A stretch of 64,000 bases of DNA from assembly GCA_044070495.1 (NCBI GenBank), contig JBIPSI010000012.1, forward strand, positions 1 through 64,000, given 5' to 3'. The DNA is from Spirulina sp. Its GTDB lineage: Bacteria > Cyanobacteriota > Cyanobacteriia > Phormidesmidales > Phormidesmidaceae. The notes under the pieces are model-generated. The model was not told the origin of the DNA. It was given only the letters and a program-made list of their open reading frames with translations, and made no database searches. The first letter of the stretch is position 1; every line of letters starts with the position of its first letter. This document shows positions 21,085-31,717 of this stretch, piece by piece. A program made the position numbers and the translations under genes.

Positions 21085-22917
21085 ATGGTGGCTACGTCTT
21101 CTCTGTCCGCTGATCGTGAAATGCCCCGTCGTCCAGAAAGCGATTGGCGGTTGTTTTTGCAGATGTGGCCCTACCTCTACAAGCGCCGCCGCATGATGGT
21201 GCTGCCTTTGATTTTGCTGGTGCCGCTGTCCTTGGCCAACGCCCTCCAGCCTGTGCTCATTGGGCAGGCGATTTCCCTGATTCGCCAGGAGCCGGTGATG
21301 GCCTTTTTGCAGGGGCGCACCCTCCAGGGCGGGCTAAACCTGATTGTGGGAGCCTTGGTGGCCACGGTGGCGATTCGGTTGCTGCTAGACGGGGTGCAGA
21401 GCTATCTGGTGCAGGAGGTGGGGCAGCGGATCACCGCCGACATTCGCATGGATTTGTTCTCCCATGTCACCTCCTTGGCTGTGCGATTTTTTGACCGCAC
21501 CCCTGTCGGCAAGCTGATCACCCGCATCACCAGCGACGTGGACGCCCTAGGGGAGGTGTTTTCTACTGGGGCCGTTGGCATTATCACCGATTTGTTTTCC
21601 ATTGGCGTGTTGCTGGTGGTTATGTTTACCATGCAGTGGCAGCTCGCCCTGATGCTGTTGGGCTTGCTGGTGCCTGTGACCTGGCTGATCATTTACTTTC
21701 AGCAGCAGTTTCGTAAGGCCAACTACAAGGCGCGGGAGCATTTGTCGGAACTGAACGCTAACCTGCAAGAAAACATTGCGGGCATCAACGTGGTGCAACT
21801 CTTCCGGCGAGAGCGCTTTAATTCCGAGCTGTTTCGGGCTACCAACCAGCGCTACGTTGCCGCCGTAGACAAAACGATTTTCTACGATTCGGCGGTGTCT
21901 TCCACCCTGGAATGGATTAGTTTGGTGGCCATCGGCGGCGTGCTGTGGCTGGGCGGGCTATTGGTGATGCAGGATGCCCTTACCTTTGGGGTGTTGGCCT
22001 CGTTTATTTTGTTTGCCCAGCGGTTGTTTGATCCCCTGCGCCAGTTTGCCGATAAGTTCACCGCCATCCAAGCGGGGCTGACCGCCGTCGAACGCCTCAC
22101 CGACCTCTTCAGCATCCCCGTCGAAATCCGCGACCCCGCCCACCCATCACCCCATCACCCCATCACCCCATCACCCACCACCACCCACGCCTCGGAGATC
22201 CGCTTCAACCAGGTCACCTTTGGTTATAAAGCCGAAGAACCCGTCCTCAAAGACCTCACCTTCACCATTCGCCCTGGGGAAAAGGTGGCACTGGTGGGGC
22301 CAACGGGGGCGGGCAAAAGCTCCATCATTCGGCTGCTCTGCCGCTTGTACGACATCAACAGCGGGGCGATTTTGCTGGATGGCGTCGATATTCGCGATCT
22401 ACCCCAGGCGGAACTGCGGCGGCGCATGGCCGTGATTTTGCAGGACGGCTTTTTGTTCGCCGGAGACGTGAAAAGCAACATTACCCTAGGGGAGGACTAC
22501 CCCCTGGAGGCCGTCATCGAAGCGGCGAAAAAGACCAACATCCACAACTTGATCGAGCAATTGCCCCAGGGCTACCACACCGAACTGCGGGAACGGGGGG
22601 CCAACCTCTCCGGGGGCCAAAAGCAGCTCCTCGCCTTTGCCCGTGCCGCCATCCGCAATCCCGGCATCCTCGTCCTTGACGAAGCCACCGCCAACCTGGA
22701 TGTGGGCACCGAGGCCATGATCCAAGAGGCCCTCGAACGCCTGCTAGAGGGCCGCACCGCCATCATCATCGCTCACCGCCTCTCAACCATTCGCAACGTA
22801 GACCGCATCCTCGTCCTCAAACATGGTGAACTGGTAGAACAGGGCAGCCACGACGAACTGCTAGCCCTGGATGGCCTCTACTCCAGCCTCTATCGCCTGC
22901 AAATGTTGGGGGTTTAG
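21085..22917 (+). CDS. ABC exporter, fused permease and ATPase (MsbA/MdlB-like)
   Basis: TM domain, GPTGAGKS, LSGGQKQ, LVLDEAT, IIAHRLST. Confidence 0.92.
   Translation: MVATSSLSADREMPRRPESDWRLFLQMWPYLYKRRRMMVLPLILLVPLSLANALQPVLIGQAISLIRQEPVMAFLQGRTLQGGLNLIVGALVATVAIRLLLDGVQSYLVQEVGQRITADIRMDLFSHVTSLAVRFFDRTPVGKLITRITSDVDALGEVFSTGAVGIITDLFSIGVLLVVMFTMQWQLALMLLGLLVPVTWLIIYFQQQFRKANYKAREHLSELNANLQENIAGINVVQLFRRERFNSELFRATNQRYVAAVDKTIFYDSAVSSTLEWISLVAIGGVLWLGGLLVMQDALTFGVLASFILFAQRLFDPLRQFADKFTAIQAGLTAVERLTDLFSIPVEIRDPAHPSPHHPITPSPTTTHASEIRFNQVTFGYKAEEPVLKDLTFTIRPGEKVALVGPTGAGKSSIIRLLCRLYDINSGAILLDGVDIRDLPQAELRRRMAVILQDGFLFAGDVKSNITLGEDYPLEAVIEAAKKTNIHNLIEQLPQGYHTELRERGANLSGGQKQLLAFARAAIRNPGILVLDEATANLDVGTEAMIQEALERLLEGRTAIIIAHRLSTIRNVDRILVLKHGELVEQGSHDELLALDGLYSSLYRLQMLGV
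22140..22180 (+). repeat. CCCCATCA-type short tandem repeat inserted in frame in the ABC linker
   Basis: Encodes HPSPHHPITPSPTT; a related repeat lies on the opposite strand at about 47362-47412. Confidence 0.75.
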
Positions 22918-23001
22918 GGTAAATCCTGTCTAGGGTTGGGGAGAGGGGTATAAGATAAGTCCAATCGTGCTGGGCCTGTTCGAGTAGGTGGGTGAACAAG
23001 G

Positions 23002-24564
23002 ATGCCGCAAGGGATATCGTGGAACAACCTGCCCCGCTGTGTGGTGTTGGGCTTGGCAGTCATGGGGACGGCTGGCTTACCCGCCGCCGCGCAAACCACG
23101 GGGCCAACCCTGGTTAACCGCACAACCAAAACCCTCGTGGGGCTGTATGTGGTTCCGGCTGGTAGCGGCACTTTTGGTCAGAATCGATTGGCTAGCTCAG
23201 GGGTTGGCCCTAATCAGACCGTACCGTTGAACCGCTCGTCTGATCACTGCATCTACGACATTCTGAGCCTGTTTAGCGACGGTGATCGTCTCGCCGATTA
23301 TGGCGTTGACCTCTGTAGTGCCGGATCCGGTTTATATAGCCTGTATAACGCTGGGGAAACCAGCGGCAAGCTATCCGTTTTTAATGGCACCAACCTCCCC
23401 ATTACGGGCATTTTGATCGAGGGTGCAACGGTTGGCGTACAGTCACAGCCTTCTCCTAGCGCTGAGCCAGAGCTTTCTCCAGAAGACTGTGTCAACTTAC
23501 TCCCAGATTTACAAGCTTTACATCAATGTCTGGAAGAACGGGTTACCTTACCTCAGGAGTCCCAGGGTTCCTCGGCTTCTGGCGAGTCTACCGTTAGCAT
23601 TCAATCCACCAACTCCAGCAGTAGTTCTGGTAGTAGTTCTGGCGGCACCTCTAGCGTCAATTTCAACCGCTCCAGTAGTAACGATGGCTCTAGCCGTGTT
23701 TCTGGTACGCTCACCACGGAGACGGGTAGCGCCCAACAAGAGCAGGTTTCCAATACCGAAAGCTGCGTGAACGGGGTCTGTACCAGCACCTTTTCTGGTC
23801 AGGTTTCGCTGTTGGGCAGTGCCAGTATTCAGCCCCAGCAGGAGACCCAAATTCTGGCCAGTGCTGCCGACCTGCGGTGTACCACCATCCAGCGCTACGA
23901 TGTCACGGTGACCTACCGCAATGGCCGCCAGGAAAAGCTTCAGGACGTTAACCTCTGCGATGGACAGGCCCGCATTGTGGTGGGAGAGCCGCCTCAACAG
24001 GCTCCTATTCTCGTCACCGTACAAAACGCGACCGATCAGGCTCTGGTCGGCAAAAACCTAGTGTTGCGAGAGTTTTATGCCGTGCCTGCGGGGGGCCGTT
24101 TTTGGCAGTACAACCTGCTGGCAGGGCGTATTATTCAGCCCGGAGCCGTTGACCAAGTGGCGGTTCCAGCGACGGCTAACGCTTGTTTGTACGACCTGCG
24201 GGCTGTTTTCGTCAACCCTGAGCGCGTGGAGCACCTCGATCCGGTCGATTGGCTGGGGGTTAACCTCTGCGACCCACGGCAGCAAACCCTGGTGTACGGG
24301 CTACCCGCCACCAGTGGAGTCGAGCCTTCCGTTAATCCCGCATCCACAGGCTTACGGCTTTTAGACATGGCTGCCCCCGGAGACCTGGGGGCAGCGGAGG
24401 ATCCCGTTCGAGCCTGGATGAGGACGAAGGGAACCGATCTGAAGCAGTTAGTGGCTAGCAACGTGAATTCCTGCGTATCGCCTCAGAACAGCCGAATGTG
24501 TCAGCCCCCGCGTCAGACGCGGCCTCCATCGCGTCCCTGGTGGCAGGTGTGGCGCAGACCCTAG
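23002..24564 (+). CDS. Secreted protein with three Cys-paired beta-domain repeats and a Ser-rich insert
   Basis: Signal peptide (AAA/Q); three repeats ending C-x-YD...V(D/N)LC. Confidence 0.75.
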   Translation: MPQGISWNNLPRCVVLGLAVMGTAGLPAAAQTTGPTLVNRTTKTLVGLYVVPAGSGTFGQNRLASSGVGPNQTVPLNRSSDHCIYDILSLFSDGDRLADYGVDLCSAGSGLYSLYNAGETSGKLSVFNGTNLPITGILIEGATVGVQSQPSPSAEPELSPEDCVNLLPDLQALHQCLEERVTLPQESQGSSASGESTVSIQSTNSSSSSGSSSGGTSSVNFNRSSSNDGSSRVSGTLTTETGSAQQEQVSNTESCVNGVCTSTFSGQVSLLGSASIQPQQETQILASAADLRCTTIQRYDVTVTYRNGRQEKLQDVNLCDGQARIVVGEPPQQAPILVTVQNATDQALVGKNLVLREFYAVPAGGRFWQYNLLAGRIIQPGAVDQVAVPATANACLYDLRAVFVNPERVEHLDPVDWLGVNLCDPRQQTLVYGLPATSGVEPSVNPASTGLRLLDMAAPGDLGAAEDPVRAWMRTKGTDLKQLVASNVNSCVSPQNSRMCQPPRQTRPPSRPWWQVWRRP

Positions 24565-24574
24565 CCAGGGTTGG

Positions 24575-26767
24575 CTAATCTTGGTAGATCTCGGCGGAAA
24601 CCTCGGTGGGCAAGAAGCGCTCTGGGGCGGTGTTCAGTTGGTGAATTAGGGTTTTGTCGTAGATGCTGAGGGTAAAGAGATCGATGGTGCTGATGGGCGG
24701 TGGGCCGACGTTTGCCCCACAGGCCTGATCCGTGGCTTGGCGCTGTTGGCGTAGGGCATCCATGGGAGGACGGTTATTCCCTTGGCTAGGATCGTAGTAT
24801 TCGAGGGCCTGATTTAAGAATTGCGTTAGGGCTAGGTAGCATCGGGGTTTGCCCAAGTCGAAGATCACTGTCTCGCGCAGGGCCGCTTGCTCAGCTTCGT
24901 CTAGGGATTCGAGAAAGGTTTGCAAAACCTGAAGGCGATCCGCTGGGCCGTAGCCTAGGGCGTTAAAGAGGTCATTGTAATAATCGTAGAGGGGGCGGTT
25001 GGCGTTTGTGGTTTCTTCCCAGATGCGATAGTCACGGCGGGCAAGCTGCTGACCTCGGGGAGACTTCGCTATGGCCGCCGCCGCCATCTCTAGGTCGGTG
25101 GGCTGCATGGCCAAGGCGACCATTTCCGTGAAGTAGGCCCTCTGAAAGTGGGCTTGGGCGCTGTTTAACTGGTCTTGGATGTGATCGATTTGGGCCTGCT
25201 GTTCCGAAGAAAGGGAGGACTGGCTAGAAACCTGAACCAACGTACTGAGATCTATTTCAGCGATTTCTAACAGCCCATAGTGGGTCTTTTGCTCGATGAT
25301 GACATCGATAAACGCGGCCCCCTGTACAGCGGCCTGTTGATTGAGTTGGTCGGCAAGGGCCAGCAAAAACTCCACATCGCGACGGCTGTCCGGGGAGAGG
25401 TTGCCTGTCCAGTCGCTTTCCTGCCACGCCTGGAACAAGGCAATGCGGGCTAAGCCCAGGGCCGAAGCTGGATCGGCAAGGGCGAGACCTTGCTGATAGT
25501 AGGTTTTCGCCTCATCTAAGCGACCCATCTTCTCGGAGATTTGCCCCAGGGAGGAATAGGCCTCGCGTTTGTTAGGGTCGAAATCTAGGGCCTTTTGGAA
25601 GGAGCGCAGGGCGGCGATATTATCCCCCTGTTCCCGCTCTTGTTTTCCCCAGGCATAGTAGCGATTTGCCCACCAGCCCAGGTTTTGATACACAAAGCTG
25701 GAGACCAGCAACAGCACCACTGAAGCTCCAAAGGTTTTAGCGGCCAGACTAGGCCGAGCTGGCCCTAGGAATGACAGCCGTTGCCCTAAACCTCGACCCA
25801 GTTGCCCCAGCAGCGGTACCCGTTGCCCCAGCCCCTGACCCAGCGATCCCAGGAACCTTGCCCCCCGCAGCCTCGGTTTCGCTAGCCAGCGATAGACCCT
25901 TTCAACTCCGGCTTGTCCTTGGGCCGTGAACTGTCCTCCAGCGACAAAGGTCAGACCCGCCCCCTGGGCAAAGGTCATGGTCAGCCCCAGCAGATCTAGA
26001 CCCAAAAATGAGAAGGCGCGAAAGGTACCCACCGCAAAGTTGGCCGTCAAGGCCAGAGACACCACCGTAAGCCCGTTGAAGAACCAATCCACGGAACTGC
26101 CCTGGGGGGTGTTCTCCGGTGGATCGGCATCCTGGGAGGCACCCAAAAACCACCACCAATCTGTGCTGCTGGCCCCCACCGTCTGCCGCGCATTGGCCAA
26201 GTCAAGATCCACAGGTACCCTCGCCATGGCCTGCCGCAACTGTCCATCCAGCCGAATCAGATCATCGTAGTTTTGGGCGGTGGGTTGGCCTGTGCCATGG
26301 GTCTGCCGCAGGTGCCGATCCACAGCATCTCTCGCCAGCAAAGCCGCTAACACGAAGGGCTGAAGTGGGGATGCGGCTAGGTTGTTACCGTGGCTGGTTT
26401 GGGTTGTCGGTGTGCCCGAATTTTCCTGGGCATTCTCCTGGACTGCTGACTCGCGATGGATGGCTAAATCCTCCTGAGCCGCTGGCTCACCTAGGCTTAC
26501 ACAATCATCTGGGGACGCTAGGCCGTCCAAAGCTGTCAGGTCAGGTTGGGCTTCGGGATTCTCTGGAGTAACTGGGCTGTTCTGGCTGTCCTGCCCATCC
26601 GCTGGATTGGCCTCGACTTGAGGACAGGCGGTAGCGGACATCAACGCCTCCAGCGTCACCGCATAGCGATGCAGCAATTCGTCCAAGGTGGGACAAACCT
26701 GGGCAGCAGGAAAATCCATAGTAGGGAAACGCTTGGAGGGCGAGGCAACGCCCTTCATTGTAGCCAA
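24575..26767 (-). CDS. Membrane-anchored TPR protein
   Basis: TM segments followed by TPRs (ALRSFQKALDFDP, AYSSLGQISEKMG). Confidence 0.75.
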   Translation of the reverse strand: MATMKGVASPSKRFPTMDFPAAQVCPTLDELLHRYAVTLEALMSATACPQVEANPADGQDSQNSPVTPENPEAQPDLTALDGLASPDDCVSLGEPAAQEDLAIHRESAVQENAQENSGTPTTQTSHGNNLAASPLQPFVLAALLARDAVDRHLRQTHGTGQPTAQNYDDLIRLDGQLRQAMARVPVDLDLANARQTVGASSTDWWWFLGASQDADPPENTPQGSSVDWFFNGLTVVSLALTANFAVGTFRAFSFLGLDLLGLTMTFAQGAGLTFVAGGQFTAQGQAGVERVYRWLAKPRLRGARFLGSLGQGLGQRVPLLGQLGRGLGQRLSFLGPARPSLAAKTFGASVVLLLVSSFVYQNLGWWANRYYAWGKQEREQGDNIAALRSFQKALDFDPNKREAYSSLGQISEKMGRLDEAKTYYQQGLALADPASALGLARIALFQAWQESDWTGNLSPDSRRDVEFLLALADQLNQQAAVQGAAFIDVIIEQKTHYGLLEIAEIDLSTLVQVSSQSSLSSEQQAQIDHIQDQLNSAQAHFQRAYFTEMVALAMQPTDLEMAAAAIAKSPRGQQLARRDYRIWEETTNANRPLYDYYNDLFNALGYGPADRLQVLQTFLESLDEAEQAALRETVIFDLGKPRCYLALTQFLNQALEYYDPSQGNNRPPMDALRQQRQATDQACGANVGPPPISTIDLFTLSIYDKTLIHQLNTAPERFLPTEVSAEIYQD

Positions 26768-26769
26768 GG

Positions 26770-28377
26770 TTACGGGGCAGGGCTGTCTTTAAAGCGTTCC
26801 TTGGCGGCGTCAAAGGCTTCGGCCATGGCGGTTTGGATGCGTTTGGGGTCGGGCTTTTTGCCCCCCATTAGGTCGCCAAAATAGACACAGGCCCCTTCCC
26901 CCAAGGCCCAGGTGTAGGCCGCTGCCCAGGAGGCCGCCACCACACTGCCAAATCCGGGGATAAACTTAACCAACTCTCGCCCCACCATTTGGGCCAAAAA
27001 GCCTCCGGCAATGGCGCTGGCCAAGCCCCCGGCCTGGGAGGGCTTGAGGGTTTGGCCATAGATTTGGCCCAAAACACCAATCATCGACACTTGCAGGGCC
27101 GTGAGCACGGGCATGGTGGCAAAGGGGATGGGCACCACCGCCAAGGTGGCCGCCATCACCGCAAAGGCCGAAATATAGTGCCGTCCCACGTCCCGATACA
27201 GACTACCCAGTTGGCGGGAGGCCTCCGTTTGTTCGTCTAGCAGTTGGTAGAGGGCCTGGGCCTCGGCGGCGGGCAGCAGGTCGGCCAGGGCATCGCGCAG
27301 GGCTTCTAGGCCGTAGAACACCGGGGTAAAGCCGTCTTCCTCCAGGGTGAAGTCAATCAGCACCGCCCGATCCGCAACGGCCCCAAAGCTCTCCTGGAGG
27401 GCGGCAAAGGGGCGATGTACCGCCTCCAGATCGGGGGGGTAGGGGGGATGGTCGCTCACCTCGGCGGGGTAGACCTCGTGGAGGGAGGTGACCACCAGCA
27501 GGCAGGGAATAGCGGGAAACTTGCGGCGCAACCCCTGGACAATCTGGCGTAGGGCATCAATGGCAAAGTCAGTGATTTTGACGGTCAAAATCAAGATGCG
27601 GGCCTGGCTAGGGTTGGCCTCCAAATCCGCCACCAGTTCCGCCACGATGGCCTCGGTACTTTGGCCCAGGTCGCCCAGGCCCACGGTGTCGGTAAAAATT
27701 AGCAGCGGCAGGTCTTCGGAGGGGTAGGCGTAGCGCTCGGTGTGCTGGGTGTGGGGCTTGAAGCCTTGACCCACAATGTCCGCCGAAACCCCAGTTAGCC
27801 CCCGCACGATGGAGCTTTTACCCGCCTGGGGTTTGCCAATTAGCAGGGCTTCGGTGGTGGGCAGTTGTTCCCGTACCGCCGCCAAAATCTCCGCCACCCG
27901 GTCATCATCCACCGCAAACCAGCGGGTGAGTTGCTGCGAGGGCCGCAGTCGCCCCAGGTTAGATGCCGCCCCCTGCCACACCTTTTCTGGCCAAATCTTG
28001 GTGACATCCTCTGCAAAGGCTTTCAACCGCCGCTTTGGGCTGGCTTTCCTTGTCCCTGAGGTCTCTAGCGCCAGGGATTCCGGGGATTCTGAGGATTCTG
28101 AGGATTCTGAGGATTTTGGAAGATCCGGAGACTCTAGGGATTCTGAAGACTCTACGAACTCCAAGGAATCTAGGGACGCTGGGGATTCTAAAGATTCCAG
28201 GACGGCGAGGGATTCTGGGGCATCCTCCCCAGCGGGATTTTCTATCACAGAATCGTTAATCAAAGCCCCATCCATCGCGGCACCGTCCACCGCAGGATTA
28301 CCCCTGGCGGGGGTGGACGGATGAAGGGCGTCTGGGCTGGGGTTAGGCGGCTCTGGGGGCATCCGATCCCTCGGCAA
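26770..28377 (-). CDS. Era-like GTPase with DUF697/YcjF C-terminus
   Basis: GKPQAGKSS, DTVG, C-terminal VPIPFA...LVKFIPGFGS; 9-bp repeats (SESSES) in the disordered N-terminus. Confidence 0.85.
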   Translation of the reverse strand: MPRDRMPPEPPNPSPDALHPSTPARGNPAVDGAAMDGALINDSVIENPAGEDAPESLAVLESLESPASLDSLEFVESSESLESPDLPKSSESSESSESPESLALETSGTRKASPKRRLKAFAEDVTKIWPEKVWQGAASNLGRLRPSQQLTRWFAVDDDRVAEILAAVREQLPTTEALLIGKPQAGKSSIVRGLTGVSADIVGQGFKPHTQHTERYAYPSEDLPLLIFTDTVGLGDLGQSTEAIVAELVADLEANPSQARILILTVKITDFAIDALRQIVQGLRRKFPAIPCLLVVTSLHEVYPAEVSDHPPYPPDLEAVHRPFAALQESFGAVADRAVLIDFTLEEDGFTPVFYGLEALRDALADLLPAAEAQALYQLLDEQTEASRQLGSLYRDVGRHYISAFAVMAATLAVVPIPFATMPVLTALQVSMIGVLGQIYGQTLKPSQAGGLASAIAGGFLAQMVGRELVKFIPGFGSVVAASWAAAYTWALGEGACVYFGDLMGGKKPDPKRIQTAMAEAFDAAKERFKDSPAP

Positions 28378-28576
28378 TGGCTACGCCCCTATCCTATAGT
28401 CTCCCCCCCATCAACGCTTAGCCCTGTAAACCGAACGGCCTAGGAGCGTTACCGAACTTAAAGCTTTACCCCAAGAAACCCTAGGAAAACCGTTTCGTTC
28501 CCGACCGCAGTGGTGTACATTATGAGAAAATTGTGACAACGATTTAAGCGAACCCAAATTTAGGAGGTCGGGCATT

Positions 28577-28696
28577 ATGGATTGGCGGGTTGTTGTTGTG
28601 TTACTTCCCATCGTGATTGCCGGTAGCTGGGCCGTGTTCAACATTGGTCGGGCCGCCCTAGGCCAACTGCAAGCCTTCCTGAACCGGGAAGCCTAA
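28577..28696 (+). CDS. psbY: Photosystem II protein Y (not in the ORF track)
   Basis: [48 protein letters not shown] at 28562. Confidence 0.95.
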   Translation: MDWRVVVVLLPIVIAGSWAVFNIGRAALGQLQAFLNREA

Positions 28697-28770
28697 ACGG
28701 CACTAAACCACGAGCCCCACTAGGGTGCGTTCGTTTAGGATGCTCAAGTTTTAAGAGAATACCTATCTTC

Positions 28771-28802
28771 ACCACCCCTCAGCCTAGGCTAGGGGTGGTT
28801 TT
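28771..28802 (+). terminator. Rho-independent terminator after psbY
   Basis: ACCACCCCT...AGGGGTGGT stem followed by a T run. Confidence 0.75.
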
Positions 28803-28934
28803 GAGTAAGATTTTCTGGACGGTCTATCGCTAGGGGTAGACGGGGGAAACTCCTGTCTAGATTTGTATCCCGCCGAGCATCTTCATCCCAAATCGGGCAT
28901 TACTAGGGTGTGATGTTCTCATGGTGGTCAAATC

Positions 28935-29894
28935 GTGGTCATACTTCCTGAGGGTGATCTGTTTCCCGACTTTAACGCCGCGTCCCAGGCCGTTTTAAGC
29001 TATCTACAACAGACCTTAGGTTTTGAACTTTGGATGGTTACACGCACGGAGGGCGAAGACTGGATCGTCCTCCATGCCCAGGATCAGGGCTATGGCGTTA
29101 AGCAGGGCGATGTCTTTCGCTGGACGGATTCCTTTTGTTCGCGCATGGTGGAAGGGAATGGCCCTCGCATTGCCCCCAATTCTGTACGGGTTCCGGCCTA
29201 TGCCGAGGCTCCCATTGCCGCCCAGGTAAATATTGGGGCCTATGTGGGGGTGCCCCTCGCCGCCGAGGATGGTCGATTATTCGGCACCCTCTGCGCCATT
29301 GACCCCAGGCCCCAACCGGAAGCAATCACGGATCACCTGCCGTTAATTGAATTATTGGCGAAACTGTTGAGTTCCATTCTGCACGCCGATATGGCCGCCG
29401 CCGAACAGGCTAGACGAGCCGACCGTCTCCAGGTCGAAGCCTTTACCGATGCCCTCACGGGTCTCTACAACCGCCGAGGCTGGGATCAACTACTGGCCGA
29501 GGAGGAAGACATCTGCGCCAACTACGGCGTTCCAGCCTGTGTGGTGGTGGTTGACCTCGATAATCTCAAGGTGGTCAACGATAGTTTTGGCCACGAGGCT
29601 GGGGATGCCCTAATCCAGCAAGCCGGACAGATTTTGCGCCAGGAAACTCGCAAGCACGATGTGGTATCCCGCATTGGCGGCGACGAATTTGTGGTGCTCT
29701 GTACCGAATGTTCTCTGTTGCAGGGGCAATGGCTCTGCAAGCGCCTCCAACAGGCCCTCCTAGACGAGGAGATTCATGCCTCCGTAGGCGTCGCCGCCCG
29801 TCACCCTAGTCGTGGCCTCAAGGCCGCCTGGGCCGAGGCCGACCTCGCCATGTATCAACAAAAGCAAACCCGCAGAACTTGTCCCATCGCTTGA
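28935..29894 (+). CDS. GAF-GGDEF diguanylate cyclase
   Basis: GAF (YVGVPL...FGTLCAID), DALTGLYNRR, intact GGDEF with RxxD I-site (RKHD). Confidence 0.92.
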   Translation: MVILPEGDLFPDFNAASQAVLSYLQQTLGFELWMVTRTEGEDWIVLHAQDQGYGVKQGDVFRWTDSFCSRMVEGNGPRIAPNSVRVPAYAEAPIAAQVNIGAYVGVPLAAEDGRLFGTLCAIDPRPQPEAITDHLPLIELLAKLLSSILHADMAAAEQARRADRLQVEAFTDALTGLYNRRGWDQLLAEEEDICANYGVPACVVVVDLDNLKVVNDSFGHEAGDALIQQAGQILRQETRKHDVVSRIGGDEFVVLCTECSLLQGQWLCKRLQQALLDEEIHASVGVAARHPSRGLKAAWAEADLAMYQQKQTRRTCPIA

Positions 29895-29933
29895 GATCCA
29901 GCTTTCCTCCGAGGATATGGAATTCTGATTGGG

Positions 29934-31679
29934 TCAAGCAGCAAGGGCCTTGCCCAAGACATCTACAAGAGCCGTAGCCAGGTGGGAGGCATCCACCCCT
30001 AGCACCGTATGACGAGCCGCGACTTCTCTGGCGGCATAGCTATGCCACCACACCCCAGCCAGGGCGGCATCTAGGGCTAGGTTCCAGCGGTTGTCCTGGG
30101 AGTTGTCCTGGGCAGCGGGACGGAAGTGGGATGAGTCGTCCTCAGGATGGGGTAACTCGTGGGAGGTCTGAACAACTTTCTGGGCCGCGATTTTCTGAGC
30201 CAAAAGTCCGCCAATTAGCCCCGTTAACACATCGCCACTGCCGCCACGGGCAAGGCCAGGGGTGCTTTCGGTATTAAACCAAAGTTGGCCATCGGGGTGG
30301 GCCAGGGCGGTGCAGGCTCCTTTGAGCACCACGATACTGTGGCTTTGGGCGGCGGCGGTTTGGGCGGCTTGGCCAGGGTCTAGGGATTGGCCTAGGAGAT
30401 GGGGGAATAATCGCTGAAATTCGCCGGGATGGGGGGTAATCAGGGTCGGTGCGGTGCGCTGGGCTAGGGTAGATTCGGGATCCCGAACTGCCAAGTGATT
30501 CAGGGCATCGGCATCCAACAGCAGGGGGCCATTGCTGGCTAGAACCCCATCCACCACAGCCCCCGCCTGCCGCGAAAGACCGGGGCCACAGGCAATGGCA
30601 TCGTAGCGGCTGAGAGAATCAGCGAGATCCTCCGGCAACTGGGCCATGGCTCCGGTTTCGGTTTCAGGACAGCCAATCACCAGGGCCTCCGGCAGTTGGG
30701 CCACCACCATCAACCGCAGGGATTCGGGTATTGCGAGGGTAAGCATTCCCACGCCGCTCGCTCTTGCCCCCAATCCAGCCAAAATAGCCGCCCCCGCATA
30801 CTGCCGCGATCCAGCCACGATCAACAGTTGCCCCACCCGATATTTGTGGGTATTCACAGGGCGCGGCAAGGGTAGACGGGCTAGGGCTTCTGGGGCGCTA
30901 ATCCGACGGACGGGAGGCTCGTTTTTCAACCCCGCATCTAGGGCAAAGGGGGGAATATCGAAATTAATCCGATGGCGGTGGCCGAGGTAGGGCAGGGCGG
31001 CATCCTGGCAAAAGGCCCGTTTCCAAAGCCCCAGGCAGAGGGTATGGGTAGCCTGGATGGCGGTGCCGAGCATCTGACCGGTGTTGGTGTGTAGACCAGA
31101 GGGCAAATCTAGGCTAACCACCGGGGCCGGATGGGCATTCACCGCTGCGATTAGATCGGCAACGACTCCTTCGATGGGACGTTCTAGGCCAAAGCCAAAC
31201 AGCCCGTCAATCCACAGATCCACGGTTTGATGCCCAATCCGCATTGGCAAACCCCAATTTCCAGACCGATCACCCGTAGGGTCGAGGTCTCCTCGACCAC
31301 CACCTAGGGGCCACGTTGACGTGATCGGCAAACCCAGGGCGCGTACATAACGGAGATGATCGGCAGTCAGAGGTTTATGGCGCTCAAAGGGAGAAATAAT
31401 TTGGACACCGTAGCCCCCATGGGCCAACTCCCGCGCCATCACCAGGGCATCGCCGCCATTGTGGCCGGGGCCAACCAATACCCCCACCTGGGCATAGGCA
31501 GTAGGCGGAAACCGAGCCATCACCCAAGCCGCCATGCGCTGGGCTGCCTTTTCCATCAGCGCCGCCACAGGCATCCCCGCCTCAAACATAGCGGCTTCAA
31601 TGGCCTGCATGGTTGCGGCGGTCACCACCCAGTCCAAATCCTTGGCGAAGGCGGATGGTGACAACGGGTTCAGGGACAT
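29934..31679 (-). CDS. nnr: Bifunctional NAD(P)H-hydrate epimerase/dehydratase
   Basis: LMEKAA, GPGHNGGDA, DGLFGFG, DLPSG, LDADALN, ITPHPGEF, LARGGSGDVLTG. Confidence 0.92.
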   Translation of the reverse strand: MSLNPLSPSAFAKDLDWVVTAATMQAIEAAMFEAGMPVAALMEKAAQRMAAWVMARFPPTAYAQVGVLVGPGHNGGDALVMARELAHGGYGVQIISPFERHKPLTADHLRYVRALGLPITSTWPLGGGRGDLDPTGDRSGNWGLPMRIGHQTVDLWIDGLFGFGLERPIEGVVADLIAAVNAHPAPVVSLDLPSGLHTNTGQMLGTAIQATHTLCLGLWKRAFCQDAALPYLGHRHRINFDIPPFALDAGLKNEPPVRRISAPEALARLPLPRPVNTHKYRVGQLLIVAGSRQYAGAAILAGLGARASGVGMLTLAIPESLRLMVVAQLPEALVIGCPETETGAMAQLPEDLADSLSRYDAIACGPGLSRQAGAVVDGVLASNGPLLLDADALNHLAVRDPESTLAQRTAPTLITPHPGEFQRLFPHLLGQSLDPGQAAQTAAAQSHSIVVLKGACTALAHPDGQLWFNTESTPGLARGGSGDVLTGLIGGLLAQKIAAQKVVQTSHELPHPEDDSSHFRPAAQDNSQDNRWNLALDAALAGVWWHSYAAREVAARHTVLGVDASHLATALVDVLGKALAA

Positions 31680-31717
31680 GGCTGGGTATTTATAGCGTCA
31701 TGGCGTGAACCCTGATC

